A DNA stretch of 64,000 nt from Rickettsiales bacterium (GCA_044356525.1 JBIKVZ010000005.1:1130-65129), one strand, 5' to 3'; shown: positions 42,355-52,982, numbered from the stretch's first letter. Made by a program: numbers and translations. The notes: generated by a model from the letters alone, not told the origin.

Positions 42355-42473
42355 GCTTATCCTTTAAAATCGCTGGAAAATAATAGGGTTATAGTCTTTA
42401 ATCGGTGCTTAGTATGCTAAACAGCCTTGAAAATGCAAGAAAATTTCTTGCTCTTTAATAACCAAGGAACCCT

Positions 42474-43769
42474 ATGTCCACTGCCCTGATTGATGACCTG
42501 TTAAAGCGCGGCATCCGCCACCCACTGCAAGGGCATGTGGTAGAATTCCCCACACATAAGATAATGATTGAGGCCGGAGCGATTGAAAAAATCGGCCAGA
42601 TGGTGGCGCGCTACTTCCCCCCGCTTAACAATGTTGCCGTCATCAGTGATGCCAACACGCATCCGGTGGCAGCCGAGCGCGTGGAGCAGATTTTACATAA
42701 GTATTATCAGGTGACCTCCATCATTTTACCCCAACACGTGCGCCCCAGCGTACGCGAAGTACGACATATCCACTCCATGGTGGGCGATGCGGGGTTACTC
42801 ATTGCCGTAGGCAGCGGAACGGTCAACGACTTGGTTAAATTTTCCTCCCACACAGCGGGCAAACCTTATGCGGTGGTGGCCACTGCCCCCTCCATGAACG
42901 GATATGCCTCGGCCAACGCCTCGATTGAGGAAGAGGACGGGTTCAAACACACCCTGCCCGCCCATATGCCTAAAATGATATGGATGGATACTGCGGTTAT
43001 GGCACAAGCACCCCGCAGGCTTATCAGCTCCGGTATCGGCGACAGCCTCTGCCGAACCACTGCGCAGGCCGATTGGCTGCTCTCTTATTTTTTGCTGGGC
43101 ACAGACTACATCTCCACCCCCTTCAAGTGGCTAAAAGACAACGAAAAAAGGTTAATTCCCTCAGTGGACCGCGCAGTCCATAAAAGCAAGGAAGCCATTG
43201 AAATATTGTGCGAAAATCTTATTCTATCCGGCCTTGGTATGGTGCTGTGCGGCGGCAGCTACCCCGCCAGCCAAGCCGAACATATGATTGCCCACACGAT
43301 GGAGATGCGGCACGGAAAAACCCTCCAACACAGCTTCCATGGCGAGCAGATTGCCGTCACCACTCTCACCCTTGCGCGCTTGCAGGAAAAGTTGCTTGAG
43401 CAGCAACTCGAGGTGAAACACCGCCCCACCCCCGATGCATGGTTTGATAAGCAATTTGGAACGACCCTTGGGCCTCAGTGCCGTGCGGAGTACCGTAAAA
43501 AGGAAATCACCCCTGAGAAGGCCCATAGCATGAACCAGCGCATCGACAAGTTCTGGCCCGAGATGGTCAGCCAGCTGAAAAAAGTCATGGTACCTTCGGA
43601 AACGATAAGGGCTGCCCTACTAGCTGCCGGCTCTCCCACCACGCCGGATGAAATCGGCTGGCCGAAAGACGCCTACCGTAAAGCCTGCATGGATGCGCTG
43701 TTCACGCGCAACCGCTTTACCTTTTTGGACTACGCCTTCCTCACCGGAAAACTAGAAGAAATCCTTTAG
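42474..43769 (+). CDS. Fe-ADH_2 / sn-glycerol-1-phosphate dehydrogenase-like oxidoreductase
   Basis: NAD(P) loop AVGSGTVNDLVKF. Metal and substrate motifs APRRLISSGIGDSLCR and SQAEHMIAHTME match the G1PDH/AraM pattern (GxGD...K, EHxxSH). Confidence 0.6.
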   Translation: MSTALIDDLLKRGIRHPLQGHVVEFPTHKIMIEAGAIEKIGQMVARYFPPLNNVAVISDANTHPVAAERVEQILHKYYQVTSIILPQHVRPSVREVRHIHSMVGDAGLLIAVGSGTVNDLVKFSSHTAGKPYAVVATAPSMNGYASANASIEEEDGFKHTLPAHMPKMIWMDTAVMAQAPRRLISSGIGDSLCRTTAQADWLLSYFLLGTDYISTPFKWLKDNEKRLIPSVDRAVHKSKEAIEILCENLILSGLGMVLCGGSYPASQAEHMIAHTMEMRHGKTLQHSFHGEQIAVTTLTLARLQEKLLEQQLEVKHRPTPDAWFDKQFGTTLGPQCRAEYRKKEITPEKAHSMNQRIDKFWPEMVSQLKKVMVPSETIRAALLAAGSPTTPDEIGWPKDAYRKACMDALFTRNRFTFLDYAFLTGKLEEIL

Positions 43770-43773
43770 GATT

Positions 43774-46713
43774 TTAGTCCGTTAAGCTGCGACCGCCAGT
43801 CCATAGCGGCATACCCAGCGAGGCTTCAATGCGGTCATTACTTTCAGAAAGCTGGGCTTTGACTTCCTTCTGCGGATCCGTCATCGTTAAGCTGAAGCTT
43901 GGCGAGCTGTAGGTTGGGTTTGCACCAACATAGGCATGATACGCCAATTCACGCAGCCAGTCTAGTATGGGCAAACGATCCTCATGGCATTTGTTGATTT
44001 TATTGATGCAGTACACTTCCATCAACTTCGACCATTCCGACTGACGTTCGCGATAATCCATTTGCTCGGCAAGGTTTGGCCAGCCCGCTTCAAGCGGCGT
44101 TTTGAGCGTAATCTCCGGCGCGGGTTTTTTGCCCGTAATGGCTTCATAAATCAGCATGGCTTCCCTGCGGTCTGCTTTTTCAAGCGCAGCCAAAAACACA
44201 CGTGGCTCGTTCACCGAAGAGGGGTTATACGCCAGCGCTAAACGCTCCGCTTCTTTCGGTATTGGCCTTTCGCCATGTTTCATCCACGCCATGTCATAGT
44301 CTTTCTGGTGCAGCACCACAGCCTGCATACGGATATTATCGCGGAAAGATTTATTGCCCATATAGGCGTGGCGGAGTGCGGAAATCGGCTCACCGTCTTC
44401 GCCCTTACCGCCATAATACGGCATACTGGCCAAGTGTTCGAGCGCGCCCACCAAACCTACTGTAGCAGTCAGGTATGCACCATCGTGCTTCGAGCGTTGA
44501 TCGAGGCTGATGGCACGGCCTTCAATTGGGTCTGTTGTTTTTGTACGAGCACCCGGACGAGAGCTTTTGTTAGACCACTCAATTATTTCAGACGGGAAGC
44601 TAGCAAAATACGCCTTGATGGTTTCACGCGCCGGGCTACCTATATCGCCAATCGCCTGCTCATACCGATCCATCGCCGCGCGGAAATATTCCTTAGCGTG
44701 CAAGTACGCCTGCGTTTCATTCACACCCTCTGGCACTGGTCGCCATTCCACCAGACCGGTGGCGCGGGCATTTGCCAGCAAGCTCTGTGCAGCAAAGCTC
44801 TCCTGAAAATTTTCTGCCAGCAGCGGAGCGCCGAAAATAAGCTGCAGCTGCAAGCCCTGTAAGGTCATTGCTAATTTAGCAGGATAGTGCCCGCCTTCAC
44901 GCGCTTCGGCACGCAGCATCACGTGCGGTGTTTCCACAATTCGGCCACCGCCACGCATCTGGTCATCGCCACCACCTGCCATCACATACATTGCCGCGCC
45001 ATAACTTTTACGGTTCAGTGCAAGAATTTTACCAGCGGTTTCTTCCTGCTGACCCTGCACACCAGGGCCTGAAAGGCGCGCCGTATCACTTTTTGCAATC
45101 ATGGAGAGCATATAGCCGCGAGCCCTTACATGGGCGCCAAATACTTCGTCGGTGCACAGCGTGTGCACCATTCGAGGCGCTTCTTCCAAGTCCTTGCGCG
45201 ATTCAAACAGCGGCACTACATCCACTGTAGCTTTATCATTTGCCACCTCGTTGCCTGCCGCCTTCAGCATCAGCAGTGCAGCAAGACCGTTTGCTGCCGA
45301 TGTGGTTTCCGCAATAATCAGCTTCTGGAACATTTCAGGGTTTTCAGCCATCACACGCATGCGGGTGAGCACGCGCATTGCCGTTTGTCGGTCTTTGTCT
45401 TCACCGTAGGTGGTGTCAATCATCGTTTGGGGGTCAAGCTCCTTTACACTAGCCAAAAACTCTTCGTCGTTGAATTTTGTTTTGATGAGCGCGGCCTGTT
45501 TATCCGCATCCATCTCCATAAAATGCAAAGCACTGGGGATTTGGTAAGTCGCTTCTAGCACATGCCCCACCGTCGTCATCAAATCTTTCGAGTTATGACG
45601 CACGTCGATGCGCGTAAAGCGCGTGCCAAATGTTTCGACTTTGGTTTCAAAATCATCGAGCAGCCCATAACTTTTAGCGCCCTTGCCAACCTGCGCCACC
45701 ACAGCATTTACATCCGCCTCAAGACGTTTTTCATCGCTGCCATAACCACCGAGGCGCGCAGCGATTGCTTCTAAGTCTGCAGCAGCTTGCTCATAACCTT
45801 CTGTAAGCAGCGAGGGTGCCAGCACTTTAATATCTTCTGCATAGCGTTCCTGAATGCGGTTCTTGGAACGGGTTATAAATGCGCGCAGCACTTCTGCGGT
45901 CATGTTTGGGTTGCCATCGCCATCACCTGGGCCCCACACGTTTAGGTCCAGCAGCGGGTTTTTAATTTCAACATCCGTGTAGGCACTTTTATCAAGAGCA
46001 GCACGTAGCCTATGCTGCGGCCCAGCAACCGAATCATAAATTACATCCATAATGGCCAGCAGTTCGGTCGCTTCTTTTTCTGGCGTTTTCTTGCGTTCGC
46101 CATTTTGATTGGGTGCTTCATCCATCTGCGTGTCACGCACGTTGCGTAAAAGCGCCTCAAGCTCTCTCTGCTGTGTGGCAGGGTTTGCCAATGCTTTATC
46201 CACCACCAAGCCTTGCAGTGTATATTCCAGCGATGTCGGGTTGGTGGGGTGCGTGGTCAGGCTTGGCCACACCGTTAACCCATCCACCAGTTCCTGCACC
46301 TTTTTAGACGGAACATCTTGTGCTTTAAGGCGCTCCAATACTTCGCGAAACGTATCGCCGGTTTTTACGCCGACTTCGGCCAATGCATTTAGTACACCAA
46401 TACCAGCCACTTTACGGGCGCGCCAATGCATGTCCACCAGTTTGGCATTCATTTCTTCAAACAGATTGCGTTTATCCACCGGGATGCTTGCAAGCAGCGC
46501 CTCGTTCTGCGCCCTGCGCGATGCCTTATCGGTTACTTCAGCAATATCTAATTTTTTCTGCAGCAAACGTGCTATTTCAGCATCCTTTTCTGCCACCATG
46601 CGCAAAAAAATCTCTGCAACTGATTGCTGCAGCCGCTGTGAATATGGCTTTTCCTGATTTGCTTCCCTATATTGGCCTTTAACCGGTGCGGGCACATTCT
46701 CTGTAAATTTCAT
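43774..46713 (-). CDS. Highly divergent phosphoenolpyruvate carboxylase-like protein
   Basis: Blocks collinear with PEPC signatures: TTHPTNP (TAHPTE), RIDVRHNSKD (LDIRQES), VVPLFESRKDLEEAP (PLFETxxDL), IAKSDTARLSG (GYSDSxKDxG), MAGGGDDQMRGGGR (FHGRGGxxGRGG) and SSRPGAR (GSRPxKR). Several catalytic positions are substituted. Confidence 0.5.
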   Translation of the reverse strand: MKFTENVPAPVKGQYREANQEKPYSQRLQQSVAEIFLRMVAEKDAEIARLLQKKLDIAEVTDKASRRAQNEALLASIPVDKRNLFEEMNAKLVDMHWRARKVAGIGVLNALAEVGVKTGDTFREVLERLKAQDVPSKKVQELVDGLTVWPSLTTHPTNPTSLEYTLQGLVVDKALANPATQQRELEALLRNVRDTQMDEAPNQNGERKKTPEKEATELLAIMDVIYDSVAGPQHRLRAALDKSAYTDVEIKNPLLDLNVWGPGDGDGNPNMTAEVLRAFITRSKNRIQERYAEDIKVLAPSLLTEGYEQAAADLEAIAARLGGYGSDEKRLEADVNAVVAQVGKGAKSYGLLDDFETKVETFGTRFTRIDVRHNSKDLMTTVGHVLEATYQIPSALHFMEMDADKQAALIKTKFNDEEFLASVKELDPQTMIDTTYGEDKDRQTAMRVLTRMRVMAENPEMFQKLIIAETTSAANGLAALLMLKAAGNEVANDKATVDVVPLFESRKDLEEAPRMVHTLCTDEVFGAHVRARGYMLSMIAKSDTARLSGPGVQGQQEETAGKILALNRKSYGAAMYVMAGGGDDQMRGGGRIVETPHVMLRAEAREGGHYPAKLAMTLQGLQLQLIFGAPLLAENFQESFAAQSLLANARATGLVEWRPVPEGVNETQAYLHAKEYFRAAMDRYEQAIGDIGSPARETIKAYFASFPSEIIEWSNKSSRPGARTKTTDPIEGRAISLDQRSKHDGAYLTATVGLVGALEHLASMPYYGGKGEDGEPISALRHAYMGNKSFRDNIRMQAVVLHQKDYDMAWMKHGERPIPKEAERLALAYNPSSVNEPRVFLAALEKADRREAMLIYEAITGKKPAPEITLKTPLEAGWPNLAEQMDYRERQSEWSKLMEVYCINKINKCHEDRLPILDWLRELAYHAYVGANPTYSSPSFSLTMTDPQKEVKAQLSESNDRIEASLGMPLWTGGRSLTD

Positions 46714-46968
46714 AGCGTCGTATCTCTCTCAATCCATGGTCATCAAGCGGCCTGTTTCGCCTTGGGTACGTTACTGACTTTAAAAGAATATCGTTAACAA
46801 GGCGTTAACGACGCGGGTGAAAAAACAATTTTTAACTGTAATTTGCAACTACTATTCTTAAAAACTCTGCAAAACCGAGGCCGGCGAAGGGGTAAAGAAA
46901 TGGCTTTTCAATTCGGTTTTTATCCTTAGATTAGAGTGTTCCGGCATCACGGTTAAGGGTATGGACAC

Positions 46969-48930
46969 ATGAATAAGCCCAAAGAGCACCTCAGCAGCCC
47001 CGCAAACACCCTGTTTAAGGCGCCTAAGCCTGACCACACGCCGCTGGTAACCAAAGAAACATACGAAAGGCTCTACCGCGAATCGATTGAAAACCCTGAA
47101 ACCTTCTGGGCGAAACAGGCCGAGCGCCTGCATTGGTTCAAAAAATGGAGCAAAGTGAAGGACGCTGCCTTTAAGGGCGATATCCACGTGCGCTGGTTTG
47201 AAGGTGGCACGCTTAACGTTTCGTATAATTGTATCGACCGCCATTTACCCAAACACGCAAACACCACCGCCATTCTCTGGGAGGGCGACAACCCCAGCGA
47301 ATCCAAAAAAATTACCTATAGCGAACTTCACCAACAGGTGTGCAAGCTGGCCAATGCCTTGAAGGCGCAAGGCGTGAAAAAGGGTGATCGCGTGGTGATT
47401 TACCTGCCGATGATTCTAGAGGCCACTTATGCCATGCTAGCCTGCACACGCATTGGCGCCGTGCATTCAGTGGTGTTTGGCGGCTTCTCGCCCGATTCCC
47501 TGAAGGGCCGCATTGAAGATTGCAAAGCCAGTTTCATCATCACAGCAGATGAAGGCTTGCGCGGTGGCAAAAAAGTGCCGCTGAAAGCGAATGTAGACGA
47601 AGCCCTCAATAAAATGAATTTTACAGGCACTGTGCTGGTGGTGAAACGCACCGGTGGTACCGTTGCGTTCAAACAGGACCGCGACATCTGGTATCACGAA
47701 GCCGTGGAAAAAGCCTCGGCAGACTGCCCCGCTGAACCGATGGAAGCAGAAGACCCGCTCTTTATCCTCTACACCTCTGGCTCCACGGGCAAACCCAAAG
47801 GCGTGCTGCACACCACGGGCGGTTATCTGCTATGGGCCGCGATGACGCACGAGCTGGCGTTTGATTATAAACCCGGCGATATTTATTGGTGCACGGCAGA
47901 CGTAGGTTGGGTCACTGGCCATAGCTACATTGTGTACGGCCCACTCGCCAACGCGGCGACCACGCTGATGTTTGAAGGCATCCCAAACTATCCGGATTAT
48001 TCGCGCTTCTGGCAGGTTATCGACAAATATAAGGTGAATATTTTTTACACCGCACCCACCGCCATCCGCGCGCTCATGGCGCAAGGCGATGAGTGGGTGA
48101 AGAAAACCAAACGCTCCTCGCTGCGCATCTTGGGCTCGGTGGGCGAACCCATCAACCCCGAAGCATGGCTGTGGTACCATAGCGTGGTGGGCGATGGAAA
48201 TTGCCCCGTGGTCGATACATGGTGGCAAACCGAAACGGGCGGCTTCATGATTACGCCGTTGCCCTACGCTACCGACCTCAAACCCGGTTCCGCTACCTTC
48301 CCATTTTTTGGCGTGAAACCCGTGATTGTCGACAGTAACGGCAAGGTGCTGGAAGGCGAGTGTGAAGGCAACTTATGCATCGCCGAGCCATGGCCGGGTA
48401 TGCTACGCACCGTGTATGGCGACCACAAACGCTTTGTGGAAACATATTTCTCCACTTTTAAAGGCATGTATTTCACAGGCGATGGCTGTCGCCGCGACAA
48501 AGACGGTTACTACTGGATTACCGGCCGCGTGGATGACGTAATTAACGTTTCCGGCCACCGCCTTGGCACGGCTGAAATTGAAAGTGCGCTGGTGGCACAT
48601 GAACATGTGGCCGAAGCTGGCGTGGTGGGCTATCCCCATGCCATAAAAGGCCAAGGCATTTATGCATTTGTTACACTGAATGCGGGCATCACGCCCGATG
48701 ACGCAATGAAAAAAGAACTGGCGCAATGGGTGCGTAAAGAAATCGGTCCCATCGCCACGCCCGACATCATCCAGTGGGCACCGGGCCTGCCCAAAACACG
48801 TTCCGGCAAAATCATGCGACGCATCCTGCGAAAAATTGCCGCGAATGACTATAGCAGTTTGGGTGACACGAACACGCTGCTGAACCCTGAAGTGGTGCAA
48901 CAACTGATTGACGGCCGTCAAAACCGATAA
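46969..48930 (+). CDS. acs: Acetyl-coenzyme A synthetase
   Basis: AMP-binding motif [20 protein letters not shown], the C-terminal lysine motif [11 protein letters not shown], and 653 aa length. Confidence 0.95.
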   Translation: MNKPKEHLSSPANTLFKAPKPDHTPLVTKETYERLYRESIENPETFWAKQAERLHWFKKWSKVKDAAFKGDIHVRWFEGGTLNVSYNCIDRHLPKHANTTAILWEGDNPSESKKITYSELHQQVCKLANALKAQGVKKGDRVVIYLPMILEATYAMLACTRIGAVHSVVFGGFSPDSLKGRIEDCKASFIITADEGLRGGKKVPLKANVDEALNKMNFTGTVLVVKRTGGTVAFKQDRDIWYHEAVEKASADCPAEPMEAEDPLFILYTSGSTGKPKGVLHTTGGYLLWAAMTHELAFDYKPGDIYWCTADVGWVTGHSYIVYGPLANAATTLMFEGIPNYPDYSRFWQVIDKYKVNIFYTAPTAIRALMAQGDEWVKKTKRSSLRILGSVGEPINPEAWLWYHSVVGDGNCPVVDTWWQTETGGFMITPLPYATDLKPGSATFPFFGVKPVIVDSNGKVLEGECEGNLCIAEPWPGMLRTVYGDHKRFVETYFSTFKGMYFTGDGCRRDKDGYYWITGRVDDVINVSGHRLGTAEIESALVAHEHVAEAGVVGYPHAIKGQGIYAFVTLNAGITPDDAMKKELAQWVRKEIGPIATPDIIQWAPGLPKTRSGKIMRRILRKIAANDYSSLGDTNTLLNPEVVQQLIDGRQNR

Positions 48931-49013
48931 ACTTATAAACCGTTGAAAAATTTGATTTTTAGGAGCAACTCTTGTACGCTGAACGCCTTGCAAAGCTTTT
49001 TGAGGACGAACGC

Positions 49014-49406
49014 ATGAGCAAAAAGGTGCTTATCGTGGAAGATAATGAGCTGAACTTAAAGCTCTTCCGCGACCTTTTGGAAGCACATTCGCTAAGCGTG
49101 ATGGAAACGCGCAGCGGCATGGAAGCTGTCATGCTGGCAGAACGTTATCAGCCAGACCTCATTATTATGGACATTCAGCTGCCAGAAATTTCAGGCGTGG
49201 ACCTGATTAAGCAAATGAAACAAAACGCACAGATTAAGCATATTCCTGTCGTCGCCGTGACCGCCTTTGCCATGCGCGATGACGAAGACCGCATCATGGC
49301 CAGCGGCTGCCAAGCCTATATCTCTAAACCCATCGCTATTGATATTTTTGTATCAACCATCCGCAAATATGTCGGCGACGTTACAACCAAACATGATGAA
49401 GAATAG
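49014..49406 (+). CDS. divK: Single-domain response regulator DivK
   Basis: REC domain (LIVEDNELNLKLF, DLIIMDIQLPEISG, AVTAFAM, YISKP) directly upstream of pleD. GAGGA lies 6 nt before ATG 49014. Confidence 0.85.
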   Translation: MSKKVLIVEDNELNLKLFRDLLEAHSLSVMETRSGMEAVMLAERYQPDLIIMDIQLPEISGVDLIKQMKQNAQIKHIPVVAVTAFAMRDDEDRIMASGCQAYISKPIAIDIFVSTIRKYVGDVTTKHDEE

Positions 49407-49415
49407 CCCCCGCTC

Positions 49416-50798
49416 ATGACCGCACGCGTACTGATTGTTGACGACTTAGCGCCAAACGTAAAGCTGCTCGAAGCCAAGCTAGCGAACGAATATTATGAAT
49501 ATGCCTCGGCTTACTCCGGCAAAGAAGCGCTCGAAAAGGTAAAAACCTTTAAGCCTGATATTATCCTGCTCGACGTCATGATGCCAGAAATGGATGGCTT
49601 TGAAGCCTGCAAGCGCCTGAAGTCCGACCCTGAAACGTCGCACATTCCGGTGGTGATGGTGACCGCACTCAGCGATATTTCTGACCGCGTACAAGGCCTG
49701 CAGAGCGGTGCGGATGACTTTCTTACCAAACCGATTAACGAGGTGCATCTATTTGCACGCATCCGTTCCCTCACCCGCGTAAAGCTCATGCTCGATGAGC
49801 TTCGCCTGCGTGACAAAACCGGTTCGCAGTTCGGCTTGGTGGAACAAGCCACCACTGAAAATTATGACACCAAAGGCGCACGCGTCTTTGTGGTAGATGA
49901 CGATGTAGTGGAATCCAAGCAAATGAAAGAAACCCTCGAAGCCAACGGCTTTGTGGTGGAGTTCGCCAAGGCAGAAGAAGCCGTGGCCAAAGCGGCAGGA
50001 ACGCCACCGGATTTAATTATCGTCAGCACCATGCTCGACAATGTCGATGGCCTGCGCCTGTGTGTGCAAGTCCGAAGCCAGGAAGCATCACGCCATGTGC
50101 CGCTAATGATTATGGTAGATATTGAAGACAAGGCGCTGCTCATTAAAGGCCTTGAGATGGGCATCAATGATTACATCGTTTCTCCGCTCGATGCGAATGA
50201 ACTGATTGCACGCTCCCGTACGCAAATTAAGCGCAAGCGCTACCAGGATGCGCTGAAGTCAAACTACGAAGAAAGCGTGTCGCTCGCGATTACCGACAGC
50301 CTCACCAAGCTCTATAACCGTCGCTATCTTGACGCACACATCCAGAATATTTTTGTGGAATGCATGGCAAAAAAAATGCCGCTTTCTGTGCTTTCGCTTG
50401 ATATCGACCACTTTAAAAGTATCAACGACAAACCAGGCTGGGGTCACCATATTGGTGACGAAGTGCTAAAGCAGTTTGCTCAGCGTATTTTAGCCGGCGT
50501 GCGTACAACTGACCTTGCCTGCCGCCCAGGCGGCGAAGAATTTGTGATTTTGCTGCCCGGCGCGGATAAGGACACCGCCAAAGCCATGGCAGAGCGCGTA
50601 CGCGCTTCTATTGCCGATGTGCCCTTCCCGATTACTGCTGCGCCGAACCACGTGCAAGTCACCACCAGCGTTGGTATGGCATCCACAGGGCATGGCATTA
50701 CGTCTGCCGCTGATTTGCTGAAAAAATCTGATGAAGCTTTGTATGCCGCCAAGAAAACGGGCCGCAATAAAGTGGTCACCGCTGAAGAGCTGGTCTGA
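49416..50798 (+). CDS. pleD: Response regulator diguanylate cyclase PleD (REC-REC-GGDEF)
   Basis: Two receiver domains, then a GGDEF domain with an RTTD I-site five residues before GGEEF. Confidence 0.9.
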   Translation: MTARVLIVDDLAPNVKLLEAKLANEYYEYASAYSGKEALEKVKTFKPDIILLDVMMPEMDGFEACKRLKSDPETSHIPVVMVTALSDISDRVQGLQSGADDFLTKPINEVHLFARIRSLTRVKLMLDELRLRDKTGSQFGLVEQATTENYDTKGARVFVVDDDVVESKQMKETLEANGFVVEFAKAEEAVAKAAGTPPDLIIVSTMLDNVDGLRLCVQVRSQEASRHVPLMIMVDIEDKALLIKGLEMGINDYIVSPLDANELIARSRTQIKRKRYQDALKSNYEESVSLAITDSLTKLYNRRYLDAHIQNIFVECMAKKMPLSVLSLDIDHFKSINDKPGWGHHIGDEVLKQFAQRILAGVRTTDLACRPGGEEFVILLPGADKDTAKAMAERVRASIADVPFPITAAPNHVQVTTSVGMASTGHGITSAADLLKKSDEALYAAKKTGRNKVVTAEELV

Positions 50799-50803
50799 TT
50801 CCC

Positions 50804-51274
50804 GTGCTGGCGGAAAACATCAACGCCTTCCTTGAACAGATACCGAAAAATAAGCGCCTGCTTGGGCTGGATGTCGGTGAGAAAACCATCGGCCTAGCCT
50901 TAAGCGATGGTTTACGCAGTATCGCCAGCCCGCTTCACACCATCGCCCGCAAAAAATTCACCGCCGATGTAAAGTCATTGCTCGACACCTGCGCCGAGCA
51001 TGAGGTCTGCGGCCTTGTCATCGGCCTGCCGCTGAATATGGATGGCAGCGTTAGCGCCCGCTCGCAGTCGGTAAAACAATTCGCGCACAATGTCGCAAAA
51101 CAATCCCCTCTTCCCATTTTGCTATGGGACGAGCGCTTCTCCACGCAAGGCGTGATGCATGCCATTAAAGAAGCCGATCTTTCCCGCCAGCGGCGCGATG
51201 CCGTGGTGGATAAGCTCGCCGCCAGCTACATTTTGCAAGGTTTCCTCGATACACTCAGGGGCACATCACTATGA
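50804..51274 (+). CDS. ruvX: YqgF/RuvX putative pre-16S rRNA nuclease
   Basis: LGLDVGEKTIGLALSD N-terminal motif and DERFST. Confidence 0.88.
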   Translation: MLAENINAFLEQIPKNKRLLGLDVGEKTIGLALSDGLRSIASPLHTIARKKFTADVKSLLDTCAEHEVCGLVIGLPLNMDGSVSARSQSVKQFAHNVAKQSPLPILLWDERFSTQGVMHAIKEADLSRQRRDAVVDKLAASYILQGFLDTLRGTSL

Positions 51275-51924
51275 GCATATATCGCGATGCTGTCGTAAAG
51301 GCCGACCTCGACACCCTGCGGCAAGCGCATTCTCAAGGCAATCACCGCAGCCTAAAAGATATTGAGTCCGTTACCGGCAACACGCTGCTGCACGACGTCG
51401 CAGAAGCCTTTGAGCCGGGCGGCTCCTACCCCATCACCGAGGCACGCCGCATGGATGTGGTAAAGTTTTTGGTGGAAACGGTGGGCATCGACATTAAGAC
51501 AAAAAATTCCCGTAATGAAACAGCGCTGGATATTGCAAACCGGAAATACGGAAAGAACAATCTGCTCTCGCAGTATTTTGGCCTGCGCGAGCCTACTCTG
51601 GTGGCACGCTATACCCCCATTCAGGTCGAAGAAAAAAGACACCAACTATTTGATTTAATTAGTGAAAATAAACTCGATGCCTTTAAAGCGCAGCTGGATG
51701 CATTGGCGGACGACATCGACCTCGGCCAATTGCAGGATGAAAATGGCAACACGCTGTTGATAAACGCCGTGAAGATGAAAAAACGCATGTTTATCATTAT
51801 GTTAATGTCATCCAAGCGCTATAAAACGAATTTAAGTGCCCCAAATTACGAAGGCAAAACCGCTTTCGATTTTGTGGATGACATCGCTATGGAGACCCTA
51901 CTACGGAATGCTGAGAACACGTAG
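51271..51924 (+). CDS. Ankyrin repeat protein
   Basis: Repeat cores GNTLLHDVAE, RNETALDIA, NGNTLLINAV and GKTAFDFV. Its ATG overlaps the ruvX stop (ATGA). Confidence 0.75.
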   Translation: MSIYRDAVVKADLDTLRQAHSQGNHRSLKDIESVTGNTLLHDVAEAFEPGGSYPITEARRMDVVKFLVETVGIDIKTKNSRNETALDIANRKYGKNNLLSQYFGLREPTLVARYTPIQVEEKRHQLFDLISENKLDAFKAQLDALADDIDLGQLQDENGNTLLINAVKMKKRMFIIMLMSSKRYKTNLSAPNYEGKTAFDFVDDIAMETLLRNAENT

Positions 51925-52121
51925 TAGAAGAACAACGTATTGATATTTCATTACTATTTATCCTCTGAAAAGATTTTTCATTTTTCTTTTAAAAACCCCT
52001 TTACGCCACATAATTCCTGTGTATAATCCCAGCCATATCGAATGTTCTATAATTTTATAATTATCGAATTATACATAATTAGAAACACAAGATTGAACAC
52101 TAAGGAACTCTGGGGGACTAT

Positions 52122-52421
52122 ATGAATATCGCAAAAATCGCAATCGCCGCTCTGCTACTGCTCGCAACCGCAGCCTGCGCAAAGCCAACTGAAAAAGAAT
52201 TCTACTCGGCCAAGTACACCAGTGCTGGTGGCTGTAACTGGACGCACGTGACCTGCTACGCAGGCGAGAAGCGCCCTGAAAATGTCATTTACGAAGATAA
52301 CGTCTGCCGCTTCTACTTTAACTTTGGTGAGCTTTCCGTTGCCCACTCGCACGACGAGATGGTGAAGAACGTAATCCTCACCCGCAATGAAAACTGCACC
52401 TTCCAGAGGGCAGTTCTCTAA
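52122..52421 (+). CDS. Small lipoprotein, unknown function
   Basis: Signal peptide with the lipobox TAAC (LLLLATAACAKP). GGGGGA lies upstream of the ATG. Confidence 0.55.
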   Translation: MNIAKIAIAALLLLATAACAKPTEKEFYSAKYTSAGGCNWTHVTCYAGEKRPENVIYEDNVCRFYFNFGELSVAHSHDEMVKNVILTRNENCTFQRAVL

Positions 52422-52540
52422 TAGAGCGATAGGTTTTTCCCAGAGGGTTAAGCAGTTCGTTCCCGATATTCACGATCCTCTCTCCATGGGCTCCCCCAGA
52501 GGTAACACTTTAGGGGGGCTTAATGTTTCAAGACCATAAT

Positions 52541-52570
52541 AAAAAAGGGCTTCAGATGAAGCCCTTTTTT
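52541..52570. terminator. Bidirectional rho-independent terminator
   Basis: AAAAAAGGGCTTC-AGAT-GAAGCCCTTTTTT lies between convergent genes. Confidence 0.8.
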
Positions 52571-52591
52571 ATTTGAAGTGGCACGAAGCGT

Positions 52592-52858
52592 TTATGCGGC
52601 TTCGGCATCGCCCGGCAGCATGCCTAGCGCGTGCTTGTAAATATCCAGCAGCTCTTCCTGCTCGGCACGTTCGTTGCTATCCATTTTGCGGATTTTAATC
52701 AGCTGGCGCATCACTTTCGCGTCAAAGCCGTTTGCTTTGGCTTCGGCATATGCATCCCTCACATCAGAGGCGAGGTCAGATTTTTCCTGTTCGAGGCGTT
52801 CAATTTTCTGAATGTACTGGCGAAGCTGTTCGCCGGCGATGCCACCATGTTTTGCCAT
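52592..52858 (-). CDS. gapR: GapR / DUF2312 (UPF0335) nucleoid-associated protein
   Basis: GEQLRQYIQKIERLEQEKSDLASDVRDAYAEAKANGFDAKVMRQLIKIRKMD is the hallmark DUF2312 sequence of alphaproteobacteria. Confidence 0.88.
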   Translation of the reverse strand: MAKHGGIAGEQLRQYIQKIERLEQEKSDLASDVRDAYAEAKANGFDAKVMRQLIKIRKMDSNERAEQEELLDIYKHALGMLPGDAEAA

Positions 52859-52891
52859 GCTATTTCCTTTTCGTTCCTTCGTTAGTTTAAA

Positions 52892-52967
52892 TGGTGCCGC
52901 TTGCCCGACTCGAACGGGCGACCTACCGCTTACAAGGCGGTTGCTCTACCAGCTGAGCTAAAGCGGC
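52892..52967 (-). tRNA. tRNA-Thr (anticodon TGT)
   Basis: The reverse complement is GCCGCTTTAGCTCAGCTGGTAGAGCAACCGCCTTGTAAGCGGTAGGTCGCCCGTTCGAGTCGGGCAAGCGGCACCA. The anticodon loop is CTTGTAA. Confidence 0.9.
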
Positions 52968-52982
52968 GTCAAATGCTGGGGT

